From assembly GCF_006345805.1 (NCBI RefSeq), contig NC_043014.1, positions 22,382,001 through 22,446,000 of the forward strand: a DNA stretch of 64,000 bases, written 5' to 3'. Position numbers and translations under genes: made by a program. Below, piece after piece: positions 32,226 to 45,738 of the stretch; position 1 is the stretch's first letter; each line of letters opens with the position of its first letter. This DNA comes from Octopus sinensis. Lineage: Eukaryota. The notes under the pieces are model-generated. The model had not been told where the DNA came from, ran no database searches, and saw only the letters and a program-made list of their open reading frames with translations.

Positions 32226-34561
32226 TGCTTAATAGAGGCAAACTAAAACAAGAAAAATTCCTTTTTTTTTCTTTTTACATATGTAGCTGAATTTATGCGT
32301 GATTGTATTTTCTACCTTCAACAGTTCAAAAAGAATGCTGTTTGTAGCTTGTCAGTGGCATAGTTATGTGTTTGTAGCCAAAACATGTAACTCTCACTGT
32401 TTACCAAGCTCTAAGAAGGCATCACAATGTGATATAATTCACTATACTGTGTCTACTTAAATATCAACAACTTAGTGTACCAAGCAGTAAGTACCACAGT
32501 ATAATAGTATGCCAAGCCAAGACACTTAACTGTCTACAGCCCAGTCTATCAAGTTTAAATAGATACCCAGTATAACTGACTGTGCTGTATTGTTTGCAAG
32601 TCTGGAACAACTATCAACAACTCCATCAACTGAGAGGTAAATAGGCATTTGTAGTGTGTTATAATTCACTGTACTGACTGACTAGCTGTAATTAGGTACC
32701 ACAGTGTGGTGTAGTTCACTGCTATCAGTAGCAGAAACACCATTCCAGAATTAACAAGCAATTTGTTAGATTGTTGTACCAGAATCAGTTCTTCTGTCTT
32801 CTCATGAGAAAATTTAGCTGAAAGATAGATGTTTCTTATCAATTTGGTGGATTCTTGTAATTCAGAGGTAAGTTGCTTTGGCATAGTTCCCAAACATTTT
32901 GTTTCTTCACTAAACAATCTGATTGGTTGACTGACAAGAGAGCACCACATCAAGCTACAGCTGACTGCAGGCCACCACATCAAGCCATAATCTGATCACA
33001 AGTCACATCTGATCTTAGACTGCTATGCTCTGATTCTACCTACTTTCCTCACATCCATAAATTAAAAACTAACCTTGTTTTTATAGTATGTGTGGGTGGA
33101 GAGGGATTGATTTAATATTTTTAAATTATAATTTTGCTTATATTTATATTTTTCCTTCTTTTCTCCCTTACCATTTCATCTTGCAAACATATATGATTTC
33201 TTTTCTTGTTTAGCCCCTCAATCTTCCTTTTTGGAGTTTCATCTTCACCAACAATCTCTCTCTCTCTCTCTCATACAAAATAAGTATTACAATTCCCCCT
33301 TTTATCCTACCCTATAAATCTGAGGCTTCATTATGCTTTTGTAAGAGACTGTCATTTTCTTTATTAACATGAGCATTATTTTTAAGGTGGTTGATGGCAG
33401 AATTTGGTAAAGCAGAGGACAAAATACCTTGTGATATTTAGTTACATTCCTTTACATTCTGTATTCAAATCCTGCCATGGTCGACTTTACACCACCCCAA
33501 GGTCAATAAAATAAAGTACCAGTCAAGTACTGGCATCAATGCCACTCCACTTCTCAAATATTGCTAGCATTTTGCCTAATTCAATAACAGTTATTATTGT
33601 TGTTATTATTCAAGGTTAACTTTGTTGTTCATCCCTCCAGGTCAATAAAGTACCAGTCTAGCACTGGGGCTGATGTAATTGACTAACCCCTTCCCATCAA
33701 AATTGCTGGCCTTGTGCCTAAATTAGATACAGCTCTTATTATATAGGGCCATGGATTGGCAAATTCCATAAGTGTAGCAGACAAAATATTTTGTGGAATT
33801 TCTTTATGTTCTGAGTGCAAATCCTACAGAGGTTATTATGTAAAATATTTTCAGTCTGATAAAATAAGGTACTTGTCAGATACAATGTTCACTAAATTGA
33901 CAATACCTTCTCTCTACATTTTTATCATTTTTGCTTCAGCAGTTTGTAAATCTTTTCAATTGTAAACAAAAGGTTTTGTTTTTATCTCATTATGTTGTTC
34001 AGAATGATATTAATGTCGGAGTATCCTCATTCTCCTTTATCCTCTAGAAGCACAGTATTGGAACAACTGTAGTTTTAATTTGGAGAATAAAGGCCTTTAC
34101 CACTCAAAAAGAGGCCCCTATAAACTAAATTGTTGATGCAGTTTGGAAAGGTATACTTGCTCCAATATCAACATCCAGAACATGAATTCTCTCCTTCAAT
34201 ATTTGTTTGTTTCTATGTAATACACTTTGTTATATCAATCTACATATTTAAACTTACACACACTCACACACACACGCACATTTTTACGTTAGACAAACAC
34301 TTTCTATGCACAACTGTTTGATTCAAGTAATGTTGACCACTGTACAGTCAAATGATTTTGACTGTAACTGTCCACTACACATCTGTTTAGTTCAAGTAGA
34401 CAGTTGTTTGGTTTAAGTAATTTTGACCTATTGCCATCAAGCACCACCATATTTACTAGTTTAAAATCTGATTGAGAAGCTATTCTAGAAAGTTCTACCC
34501 CAAAATTCTGTCCTGAAATCTATTCTAATTCTTATCTTTTCTACATGATAAAGAGTTATTC

Positions 34562-34764
<203 letters not shown>

Positions 34765-34875
34765 GAACTTCTTGTCTAAGGTCCTGTCATCTTTTTCCAT
34801 CTTCCTAAATACTTCGTAATGATGTTCAGTTTATATGACAATATTGAAAAGCTTGCCTAAATATTGTTTGTTTGA

Positions 34876-35028
<153 letters not shown>

Positions 35029-35339
35029 TAGCCATATCACTGTGTTATATACTACTATACAATGAAAACAATGCTGTTGCCTATTACACCATACCATCTT
35101 ACAGAAGTGAAATGGTTGACTGGTGTTTACAACCAACTCAAAGGTTTCAAGTTCAAATCTGTACCAAGATATTCAGAGTCAAACTCATAAAACAGAACAA
35201 GATTATTTTGAATTGGTATACAATGTAGTTGAGTTAGATGAGAATATAGGAATCGCATAAATTCATTGATTTTTTTTTTTCCTTTTTTCTTTTGTTCTTT
35301 TGACACTGTGAAAGCTTCAACACTTGTCATCGTTATCAG

Positions 35340-35890
35340 CATTAACTCATATCTGAGTAGTTAATCCGTCGCGAGTGATTGAGCTTCATCTTGATGGGTT
35401 TGTTGGGTGCCAATGTCTGAGATGGCTGTTCTATAGAAGAGCTGCAGGCATTTATTGCAAGGGAGAGTGAGTCACTCTTTGCCTCTTGACATCTGTTGTT
35501 TTACATCTGGCCTATTTCTTTGGCAATGATATGCTGTCACTTTGGGCAGTCCTTAGCAATTGTCTCCCAAGTACTTGGGTCATGGAGACAGCAGAGGAGA
35601 GTGGCCTTGAGCTGGTCTTGGAAACAGAATTAAGGGGTTCCACATGGTCTGGTGCCTGAGGCTAACTCCACAAAGAGGAGTTGATGGGAAATGTGTTTGA
35701 GGCATATATACATATGATGTGTTTCAACCAGTGGAGGTGGGGACATGCCATGATAACTTTGGTGTTGGACAGTCTGGCCCTGAGCAGAACCTCTTCATTG
35801 GTATTATAGTCATTCCATCAAATCCTCATGATTGTGCAAAGTTTGTGCTGGTAGAAACATTTGTCACGTCAATACACATTGCAGAGTACT
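35340..35890 (-). mobile_element. Decayed RTE/BovB-type LINE C-terminal fragment
   Basis: Minus strand reads QLLFVELASGTRPCG...FQDQLKATLL...WETIAKD. Confidence 0.6.
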
Positions 35891-38800
35891 TCATGGAGTG
35901 CATTCTTTGGCAGAGCTCCCATTGGATATATCAATGAGTATTAATGTTTTCTTCTTAGTTTAAAGCAGTGTAGAGTTCTTCACCAACAAGAGAATATTAC
36001 AAAATGTGGCTTCATGATCTGCAGCTCAGTTCATATACAGTCATTACAAAAAAATGATCCCTATAGTCTGTGACTTAGTTCATACAGTCTCCTTTATAAA
36101 TAGGTGACTACTATGGTCTGTGGATCAGTTCCACTGTAACAAATTATTGTTCAACTGTATTTTTATATATTTATCTGCTTGTGATGTTGTCTCTTCAACA
36201 TCTTACTCTCGTATGAAGACAAAGTTGAATACTTTTGTGTGTCAACCAAGTTATTATTGGTAGCAAAATATGAGGGGACTGAATATTAATAAATCTTATC
36301 ATTTGTGTTTTAATATAATCTTTGGATGATGTCCCTAGCAGAGCATATATTATTTTGCATAATCTTACTTTCATACACACACATAGACATGATTGGTTGG
36401 TGCCTACAGTGCTATAGATATAAACCCAACTGATTGTTGGCTCTCATAGCTCTTCTCCACACATACATAACCTTATTCATCCATCCCCAGCTTTAAACTG
36501 AGGGAGAGGAGGAAACAATTTGTCTTCTCTAGATTTTCTTTAGACATAACAAAACTGAAAAAAAATTAGTAAACAATAATTATATAATTCAGGGGTTGCC
36601 TGAAAGGTTTAGCTTTACAAACGAGAAAATTTTATGTTCGCGCGCACACATGCACATTCACTGAGTGAACAAATGAAAGGAAGCAGCACTCAGCACATCT
36701 GATCATGATCATCATAATCATCATCATCATCATTTTAACATCCACTTTTCTATGCTTGCATGGATCAGATGGAATTTGTTGAAGCAGATTTACTATAGTC
36801 AAATGCTTTTCCTGTTACCAACCTTCACCTGTTTCAAGCAAGGTAATATTTCCCCATGGCCAGACATGCTTATTCAGAACACTGTAAATGGATGCCACTG
36901 CTTGTATGATAGTGACAATCATTTGTAACTCCCATGTTATATCAAGGAAACACAAACACATGCACATATGCGTATGTATATAATGGGTTTCTTTCAATTT
37001 CCACTCATCAAATCCATTAGCAAGGCTTTGGTAGAAGACATTTGCCCAAGGTGTCATGCAGTGGGACTGAATCTGAAACTATGTTCTTGGAAAGCAAATT
37101 TCTTAATCAGACAGACAGACAGATGTGTATATGTATGTGTGATTGTATATATTACATGTGTGTGTGTGTGTTGTTTGGCACCTTTTATCTGTTACATTTT
37201 TCCATATTGCTGCAGCAGGTTCACAAACAAAGGAATAGAAATTTCTTTAGTCACCATACTAAAAGGCCGCACCTTCAGTTATTTCATGTATCTGTGTGTT
37301 GTTGTATAACTACTAACCTGCCAGGTTAGCCTCAATCAAGCAGATATTGTATGTAGTCAGCTCTACTCTAATAGACATATGATGTAGTTTGCATCTCTAA
37401 TATTCTGTATTTCTGTTAAAGCATGATGTACATTCTGACATTTAGGAGTTGGTCTTTTAGTGGTTGGAGTTGGGCTATGTTGTTGCATCTGTTTTGCCAT
37501 TTATTCGATACCTATGTGAGTGAAGTCTTTTAAGATGACCATTATTCACAAAATAAGATATGTATGCCTTACTGCTTTCTTGTTTTTGATTCTTTAAATG
37601 ATTGACCAGGTTTGGACTCCTGATCATTAAATTGTGGTTTCAATTTCTGGGCCAGGTGATGTGTTATGTTCTTGAGCAAAATACTTTATTCCACTTAGCT
37701 GGCACAAAAATGAGTAATCCTGCGACAGACTGGCAACCCATCCAGGGAGTTAATATATATGCCACAAAAACTGAGAAACTGGCCCTGTGTGTCTCTAAAA
37801 CTCAGGAAGGATATTGTCTAGTACCTTAATAACTCTGCCACTCCTATGACCATTACTAAGTTTGAAACAAATAATGGGTTTTTGATTTTGTGTTTTAGTT
37901 TTTATATTTTATATTTTTCTTTATTAGTATGGTCTGGATGAAAGGATTGTACCCAAAGTCATTGCTCCCCATCCAAGACCAATGAAGTCAATGTACTGAA
38001 TGTTCTTATGAACTGCCATTGAGAAAACATATACTATGAGAAAATAGCCCCCAGGTTAAATCTATGATTAAAGGCATTCCAGATGTGACCATCCTAACTT
38101 TTGTGCATCTAGTGATACATTATCAAATATGCCATTTTCTCTTTTTTGGACTGTGCAATGTGATTCTTTCACAAAGATTTGGCTGCTATTTCTAACAGGT
38201 CTGCATAGAGGTTCAAGACTATTATCATTAACTAAAGTATTCAAATAGCTTTTCTAGGTTCTGTTTCCTCTATACTGTGTATGTGTGTGTATTTTACACA
38301 CACACACACAATTGTACACACTTAATGTTGTAGGAGAATGGTAGGCTACCAACTAGTTCAGCCAGCTACAAGGTCTCAATTTATTGTTCTAACTATTTGT
38401 GTGTGTGTGTGTGTGTGTGTGTTTAAGTGTCTACCTAAAGTTGTGTAAATGTGTAATATTTTTTAAATGTTGGATGATGGTACACACAGAAAGCTGACTG
38501 AATTTGACATATTTCTATATAATTGTCTATTATATGGTTATATATATACACATAGGAGCTATTATTACGAGAAAACCTCTAACATTCACTCACTCTTCTA
38601 TCTACTCCATCTCTGACATTGACAATACTGGCTTTGGGATATCTTTATCATCATCATCATCATCATACCTCCATTTCATATCTGTTGTTAGATATTTGAT
38701 TGATTAGTATTTTTACAAATGCTCTTGCCCTGAAGCTTGTAGCATCAACCCTTCTCCAAACAACTCACTACATCCTCCTGTTGTCTGTTAGCTAAAGAGA

Positions 38801-39460
38801 TAAACTTCTATGTCACCCTTTTGAAATAAGTCACTCTGTCACATTACTAGAGATAAACTATATTTTTATAGCCTAAATCCAATTGAGTATCTCTCCAAAT
38901 GTCTGTGTTACAGAAACATTTCATCATCTCTATACATCAGAAATATATATGTGTGTACAAAGATAAATATAGATATACATTCAGAGAACAAGTATAGATG
39001 CAGTACAGTTATGAAGATTGGTTTGTAGTGAAAAACTCCTGCATTTGATCCCAGTACTTGACGGCTTGGGTGTCTTTTGCTACATAACCTTGGGTCAACC
39101 CAAGCTTTGTGAGTAACATTGGGTAGACAGAAACTGTGAGGAAGCCCGTTAGATTATATTTAATTCAAAGGTTTGTCTTTATCACACACAGTCAAAGGTA
39201 TGCTTTTGATTGTTGTCTGAGGATAAGTTAAGGGAACACATGCTAAGCTGACTGAGATCCATTTACACTCAATATATTCAAGTATAGTATGTGTATGGTT
39301 AACGTATTATACACAGATTTGCTATTTTGTCAACATGTTTGTATAAACATATACATGCTCCATCTATCTCATTCACTACCAGATAAACCACCAACTCATG
39401 TCTCTCTGACATGAATTATACATTCATTCATTTAACTGCTCTCTATCTATTTCTCTCTCC

Positions 39461-39546
<86 letters not shown>

Positions 39547-39554
<8 letters not shown>

Positions 39555-40595
39555 GAATTTTTCAATAGACATACGTACTTTTAGCAAATATATGGTGGCT
39601 GCAAGTCTAAATATCTCTTCAGATTTTTACGAGTGTTTAGATAAATGACTTCAACACATGATAGCTATTTAAAATATATATATATTTGCTTAATAAGTGT
39701 ATCATTTTATGCCTTTTTTTCCATGCTGGCATGGCTTGGGCAAGATGATGGCACTACACACACACACACTCACTCACTCACTCATATTTAAATGTATTTA
39801 TAATGCGTGTGTGTATTTATATATATATATATATATATACATACATGCATTGTCCATTTATATTATGTATGCATTATGTATATGTTATTCTTACCATCCT
39901 TTTAATGTCCACTTTTCCATACTTGTATGGTGGGTTAGGGTAGATGGAATTTGTTGAAGGAGGTTATCTATGGTCAGGTGTCCTTCCTGTCACTAACCCT
40001 CATCTGTTTCCAAGTAAAGTAATATTTCTTCACAGCCAGACATGATTTCACAAAAGATTGAAAATGAATAACGCTTGCATGGTGACACTCATTTGCAACA
40101 GTGATGATCAAGTCAAGGAGACAAACCCATACATATGCATACACTCATGCACACAATATCATTTTAACATCCACTTTCCCATACTTGTATGGGTCATGGC
40201 TTGTGCATGTGTGTATATATGTGGCAAGCTTCTTTCAGTTTCTGTCTATCAGCTACACTTAAAATGCTTTGGTTTGCATGGAGCTAAAGTAGAAGACATA
40301 TGTCCAAATTTCTATGCAGTGGGGCCGAACCCACTATGCAGTGGGAAATGAACTTCTTAACCACACATCCATGTTTTTTATACAACATATATATATATAA
40401 TACCAATCTATGTGTGTGTGTGTGTGTATGTATGTACACACACACACACACACACACACAATTATATCCGTGTGTGTGGTGTGTGTGTGTGTTTGAAGAG
40501 CTGTGGAACTGTGTTAATGTATTACACAACCATTCCATTGTTTTTTCTTGAAATCTCTCTCTCTCTCTCTTTCTATCTCTCTTTCTCTCTCTCTC

Positions 40596-40665
<70 letters not shown>

Positions 40666-41703
40666 TATAAACTAGAATTTTTCAATAGACATACGTACTT
40701 TTAGCAAATATATGGTGGCTGCAAGTCTAAATATCTCTTCAGATTTTTACGAGTGTTTAGATAAATGACTTCAACACATGATAGCTATTTAAAATATATA
40801 TATATTTGCTTAATAAGTGTATCATTTTATGCCTTTTTTTCCATGCTGGCATGGCTTGGGCAAGATGATGGCACTACACACACACACACTCACTCACTCA
40901 CTCATATTTAAATGTATTTATAATGCGTGTGTGTATTTATATATATATATATATATATACATACATGCATTGTCCATTTATATTATGTATGCATTATGTA
41001 TATGTTATTCTTACCATCCTTTTAATGTCCACTTTTCCATACTTGTATGGTGGGTTAGGGTAGATGGAATTTGTTGAAGGAGGTTATCTATGGTCAGGTG
41101 TCCTTCCTGTCACTAACCCTCATCTGTTTCCAAGTAAAGTAATATTTCTTCACAGCCAGACATGATTTCACAAAAGATTGAAAATGAATAACGCTTGCAT
41201 GGTGACACTCATTTGCAACAGTGATGATCAAGTCAAGGAGACAAACCCATACATATGCATACACTCATGCACACAATATCATTTTAACATCCACTTTCCC
41301 ATACTTGTATGGGTCATGGCTTGTGCATGTGTGTATATATGTGGCAAGCTTCTTTCAGTTTCTGTCTATCAGCTACACTTAAAATGCTTTGGTTTGCATG
41401 GAGCTAAAGTAGAAGACATATGTCCAAATTTCTATGCAGTGGGGCCGAACCCACTATGCAGTGGGAAATGAACTTCTTAACCACACATCCATGTTTTTTA
41501 TACAACATATATATATATAATACCAATCTATGTGTGTGTGTGTGTGTATGTATGTACACACACACACACACACACACACAATTATATCCGTGTGTGTGTG
41601 TGTGTGTGTGTTTGAAGAGCTGTGGAACTGTTGTTAATGTATTACACAACCATTCCATTGTTTTTTCTTGAAATCTCTCTCTCTCTCTCTTTCTATCTCT
41701 CTT

Positions 41704-41740
<37 letters not shown>
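39547..41740. repeat. Near-identical tandem duplication with a ~1,120-bp period
   Basis: Identical ORF translations at 39697 and 40817, and at 40058 and 41178 (offset 1120). Junctions fall in (CT)n(AT)n tracts. Confidence 0.95.
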
Positions 41741-41742
<2 letters not shown>

Positions 41743-43100
41743 GGGCATTTCCTGGTCACTTTCTCTTTGCCTCAATTCACCTTTTTGTTGGCAAAAACAG
41801 GTACCAGATTTTTCTGAAGCCCTTTTGGGTGTGGAGAAAGTTGCTTGTAAAAAAAAAAATTGGATAAGACTTGGTGGGTTTCAATATTTTTTTTTTCATT
41901 TGCAGTTTTTGCTATTCTCACTGGATTGGTTCCAGTTTGTCATAAATAGATTTAAGCACCTGCCCACTTTTTTCCCTTAAATGTTTTTTTATTAAATTGT
42001 TGCTAGTGTCATTTCCTGTAGATTTGTTGATAGTGACCAGCTGATCGCTACAGTTTATCCTGTTGTATATTATTGACCGTACAATGAAACGGTTCCTTTA
42101 TGTATCCATGTTTCCTGTTTACCACATGTAATTAGCAGAAGCTTGTCAAAATTTCCTACAATTTTGTTGTCAACAAAAAAAAAATTTAGTATTTGTTGTA
42201 TTTTTTGGGGTGAGTGAGCTTTTTAAGAAGACAACTATATTATCCTCTCCCCATCCCACAATTTTGAGAAGACAAAGACTTTGTTCACATCCCTTCCCGC
42301 AAATTTGAGAAGACAGAGGTACTGTTGTTTTTTCCTCCTGCTCCATCAAACCGACAACTTAAAAGTCTTATTTTTTTTTTGTCTGGCACTGCTGAATTTA
42401 GAATTTTAGTATCATTTTGATAGTTTATCTTTTTCTTGTAGTTCATTACATGGAATATAGCAGTGAAGAGGCAATTTATAACCTTGACTGAGAAATGATT
42501 TTAAAAAATGTTTTATATTAGAGAAAGTGTGGGTAGACAGCAGTCAAACTGTACTTCTGGATTTTGGGGTTTGGAGAGACCTTGCTTCTGAACATTAGCC
42601 ACAACGGGGAGGATAGAAGAATGTAATGTTTCCTTTTTTTCTTTTTCATATATGAGGATTTTCTTTGATTTCTTCAGTTTTATTAAAGAATTGTAAGTAC
42701 AGGGAGGAAACAACAGCAGAAAAGAAGAAACTATACAAATGCCTTCCTTTTCAACCAAAATTATAATTTTAAGGGCTGTGGGAGTTGATTACATTACTTT
42801 CTTGTGTTTATTTTTTTATTTTTTTCTGTTCCTGTGCAGTTTTTTTTTTTTTTAATTGATCTCTGGACAGTTTAGACATATCTAATGTCTCTTAAACTGC
42901 AACATAACATTATTGTTTCATTCTATCTGCTGCAATAGTTTTCATTTTGCAAAACAGACCTCCCTCCCTCATATTTTCACATTCCAAATCCATGCTTCCA
43001 AATTGGGAACAATTGGAATGTTGTAGTCTTTAGCTGGTGATTCAATGGTGTTAGTTGATGGAGATGACACCCATGCTGACCCTATCTAACCCACAGACAT

Positions 43101-43135
<35 letters not shown>

Positions 43136-45419
43136 ACTGGAAACTGGCAGCTAGAACAACTAATTTATCTCCTGGTGGCAGCATTTAACTGACTGTAGCA
43201 TCTGTCTCAACTGTGATGGCTTGCTGTGGTCCATCAAGTTTTGATGACATATTTACCTCTCCTCTCCCTCCCCATCCACATTTAACAGTTATAACAATGA
43301 CCACTGGCCTGGCATCAAGGCATTCTTTGGAGGACATCAACCCTGTTTCAGCCTACAGTTAAAAGGGAGTACAGGTAGATATAGATCCGTCTCCCTTAGT
43401 AAATTTGTCACAAGTGTCCCAGGCAGCAAGTAAGCCTTCTTCCTCTCATGTGCACTGTAAGGATAGACTCTGTACCCACATAACATGGTTTCATGGAGTA
43501 CCAAGTCCTGCTGCCCACATTAACAGAGTCCCATATAACAACAGATTGCTCTTCCTTCCATAGTTTGGACCTGTGCAATGACAGATTCCTTACTTCTTTA
43601 TACACATCAGTTACATACAGGAACACATCTCCCTGACTACATGTATAATAATGGCCCAAACACCCCACAGATAAAAAAAAAAGTACCAAATCTGCTGCTG
43701 AAGAAGTGGGATGTCAATCCACTGGCTAACATTCAAGAATTATTATCAGCAATCACATTGAAGACTAAAAAAAAAGTAACTTATTTTAAACTTTGAATTT
43801 CTTTGTTCTGCTTGATTTACCATTTCTCTTTGATTCTATTTTGAAAAAAAAATTTCTTTGTTTCCACAACAACAAACTGCTTATCTCACTGTCTTTTCTG
43901 TTCTATTTTTTGAGAAAAAATATACAAAACAATAAAAACTCATTTACTTTTTTTTTAGGGTGGAAAGTTTCTTTTAGAAAGAGACCATATTTCTTCACCT
44001 TTCTATATACACGCACACATGTCCATATATAGTATTGATAGTTGATTGTTGAGACTGTCACGCCTATTTTTTTTTTTAATATTTCTTTTTAATGTAATTG
44101 TAAATGGAGTGTGATTGTATGTGGGGATGTGACTTTAACCACAATTGACTCTATTTGGCATGTAATTGAGTGTGTATATGTAGGAACACTTAAGCTATGC
44201 TCCTGACTAATATACTAAAAATGATATATTAGTTGGAAAAAAAAATTTTTGAATTAAAAAAAACCTGAAAACCTAACCTAAACCTATATTTGGGTTTATT
44301 TATAACATTTTACCACTTTACCACTGTTTTCCCCCCTGCCCCATCCACCAATCCAATTCCCAATATTTTTTCCCTTCAGCTAACGAAATAAGCAGTTGAA
44401 AATATTTTGTAGTCAGTACAGGTCAGTGGGTTTTGAAACCTCTTTGCCTAATATATAAATAATATTTTATAAAATTTAAATCTTTTTTGAATAAAACTAC
44501 TGAAAGATAAAATAAATATCCTATTTGACCATTTCCCCCCAACCCCACCTGCTCTATGGAGTTAGATTTCATAGTTTTAAGAAAAAAAAATTTCAACAAA
44601 AGACAAAAAAAAAACCCAACTTTTTTTTTGAAAAATTGTAAAATAATTTGGATGAAAGTTTTGATGGATGTGAGGAATTTGTTGGATGTATGGATGAAAA
44701 TTCTGTGAGAGAATGACACAAAAAAAAAATTTAATTTTTATTAAACAACAAAGGACATTTTTATGTCTGTTAATGTCTTAATTGTATATTTCCACAGATT
44801 AAGACAAGGCGCATTAGATGGGGAGTGACTTATGTAAAAAAATGTGAAAATAAAAATTATATATATATGTGTGTGTGTTAAGTAAAAACAAATGAATTGA
44901 AATATGTATATATTCATAGGTGTACACTGATTTGCACGCACGCACACACACACATACACACACACATCTAAATAAATGTATAACATACATTTTACACATC
45001 TATTTAATAGATGTCTGTATATTTATGAATGTGTGTGTGTGTGTACATATATATATATATATATATTGACAATACAAATGTGTGTGTGTAAACATATGTA
45101 TGTATGTATGTATGTATGTATACACACACACATATATATCATAGCCACAATAATTTTCTCTGACCTGTTGTTAGTAGCTGCCTTTTACTTCTGTTTATTT
45201 TTTCCCTAGGTAGCACCAGATCAGAAGACTGTCAACAGATTTTTGTCATTGAGCACTCATTTTAACCATTCTATAAAATTGTGGTCAGACTTTTTTGGCT
45301 GTTGGTACAGTACAGAATATTTCTAAACAACAAATTGACATGTTAACTTCCGATAATGCCAACTAAATTTTTGATCATGTTGTTATTGGTAACATTGTAT
45401 GTATGTATGTATGTATGCA

Positions 45420-45481
<62 letters not shown>

Positions 45482-45598
45482 GTGTGTGTGCATATATATA
45501 TATGTGTGTATATGTATATATATGTATATGTGTGTGTATGTGTGTATATATATATATGTATGTGTGTGTGTGTGCATATATATATATGTGTGTATATG

Positions 45599-45629
<31 letters not shown>

Positions 45630-45681
45630 GTGCATATATATATATATGTGTGTATATGTATATATATATGTATATGTGTGT

Positions 45682-45738
<57 letters not shown>

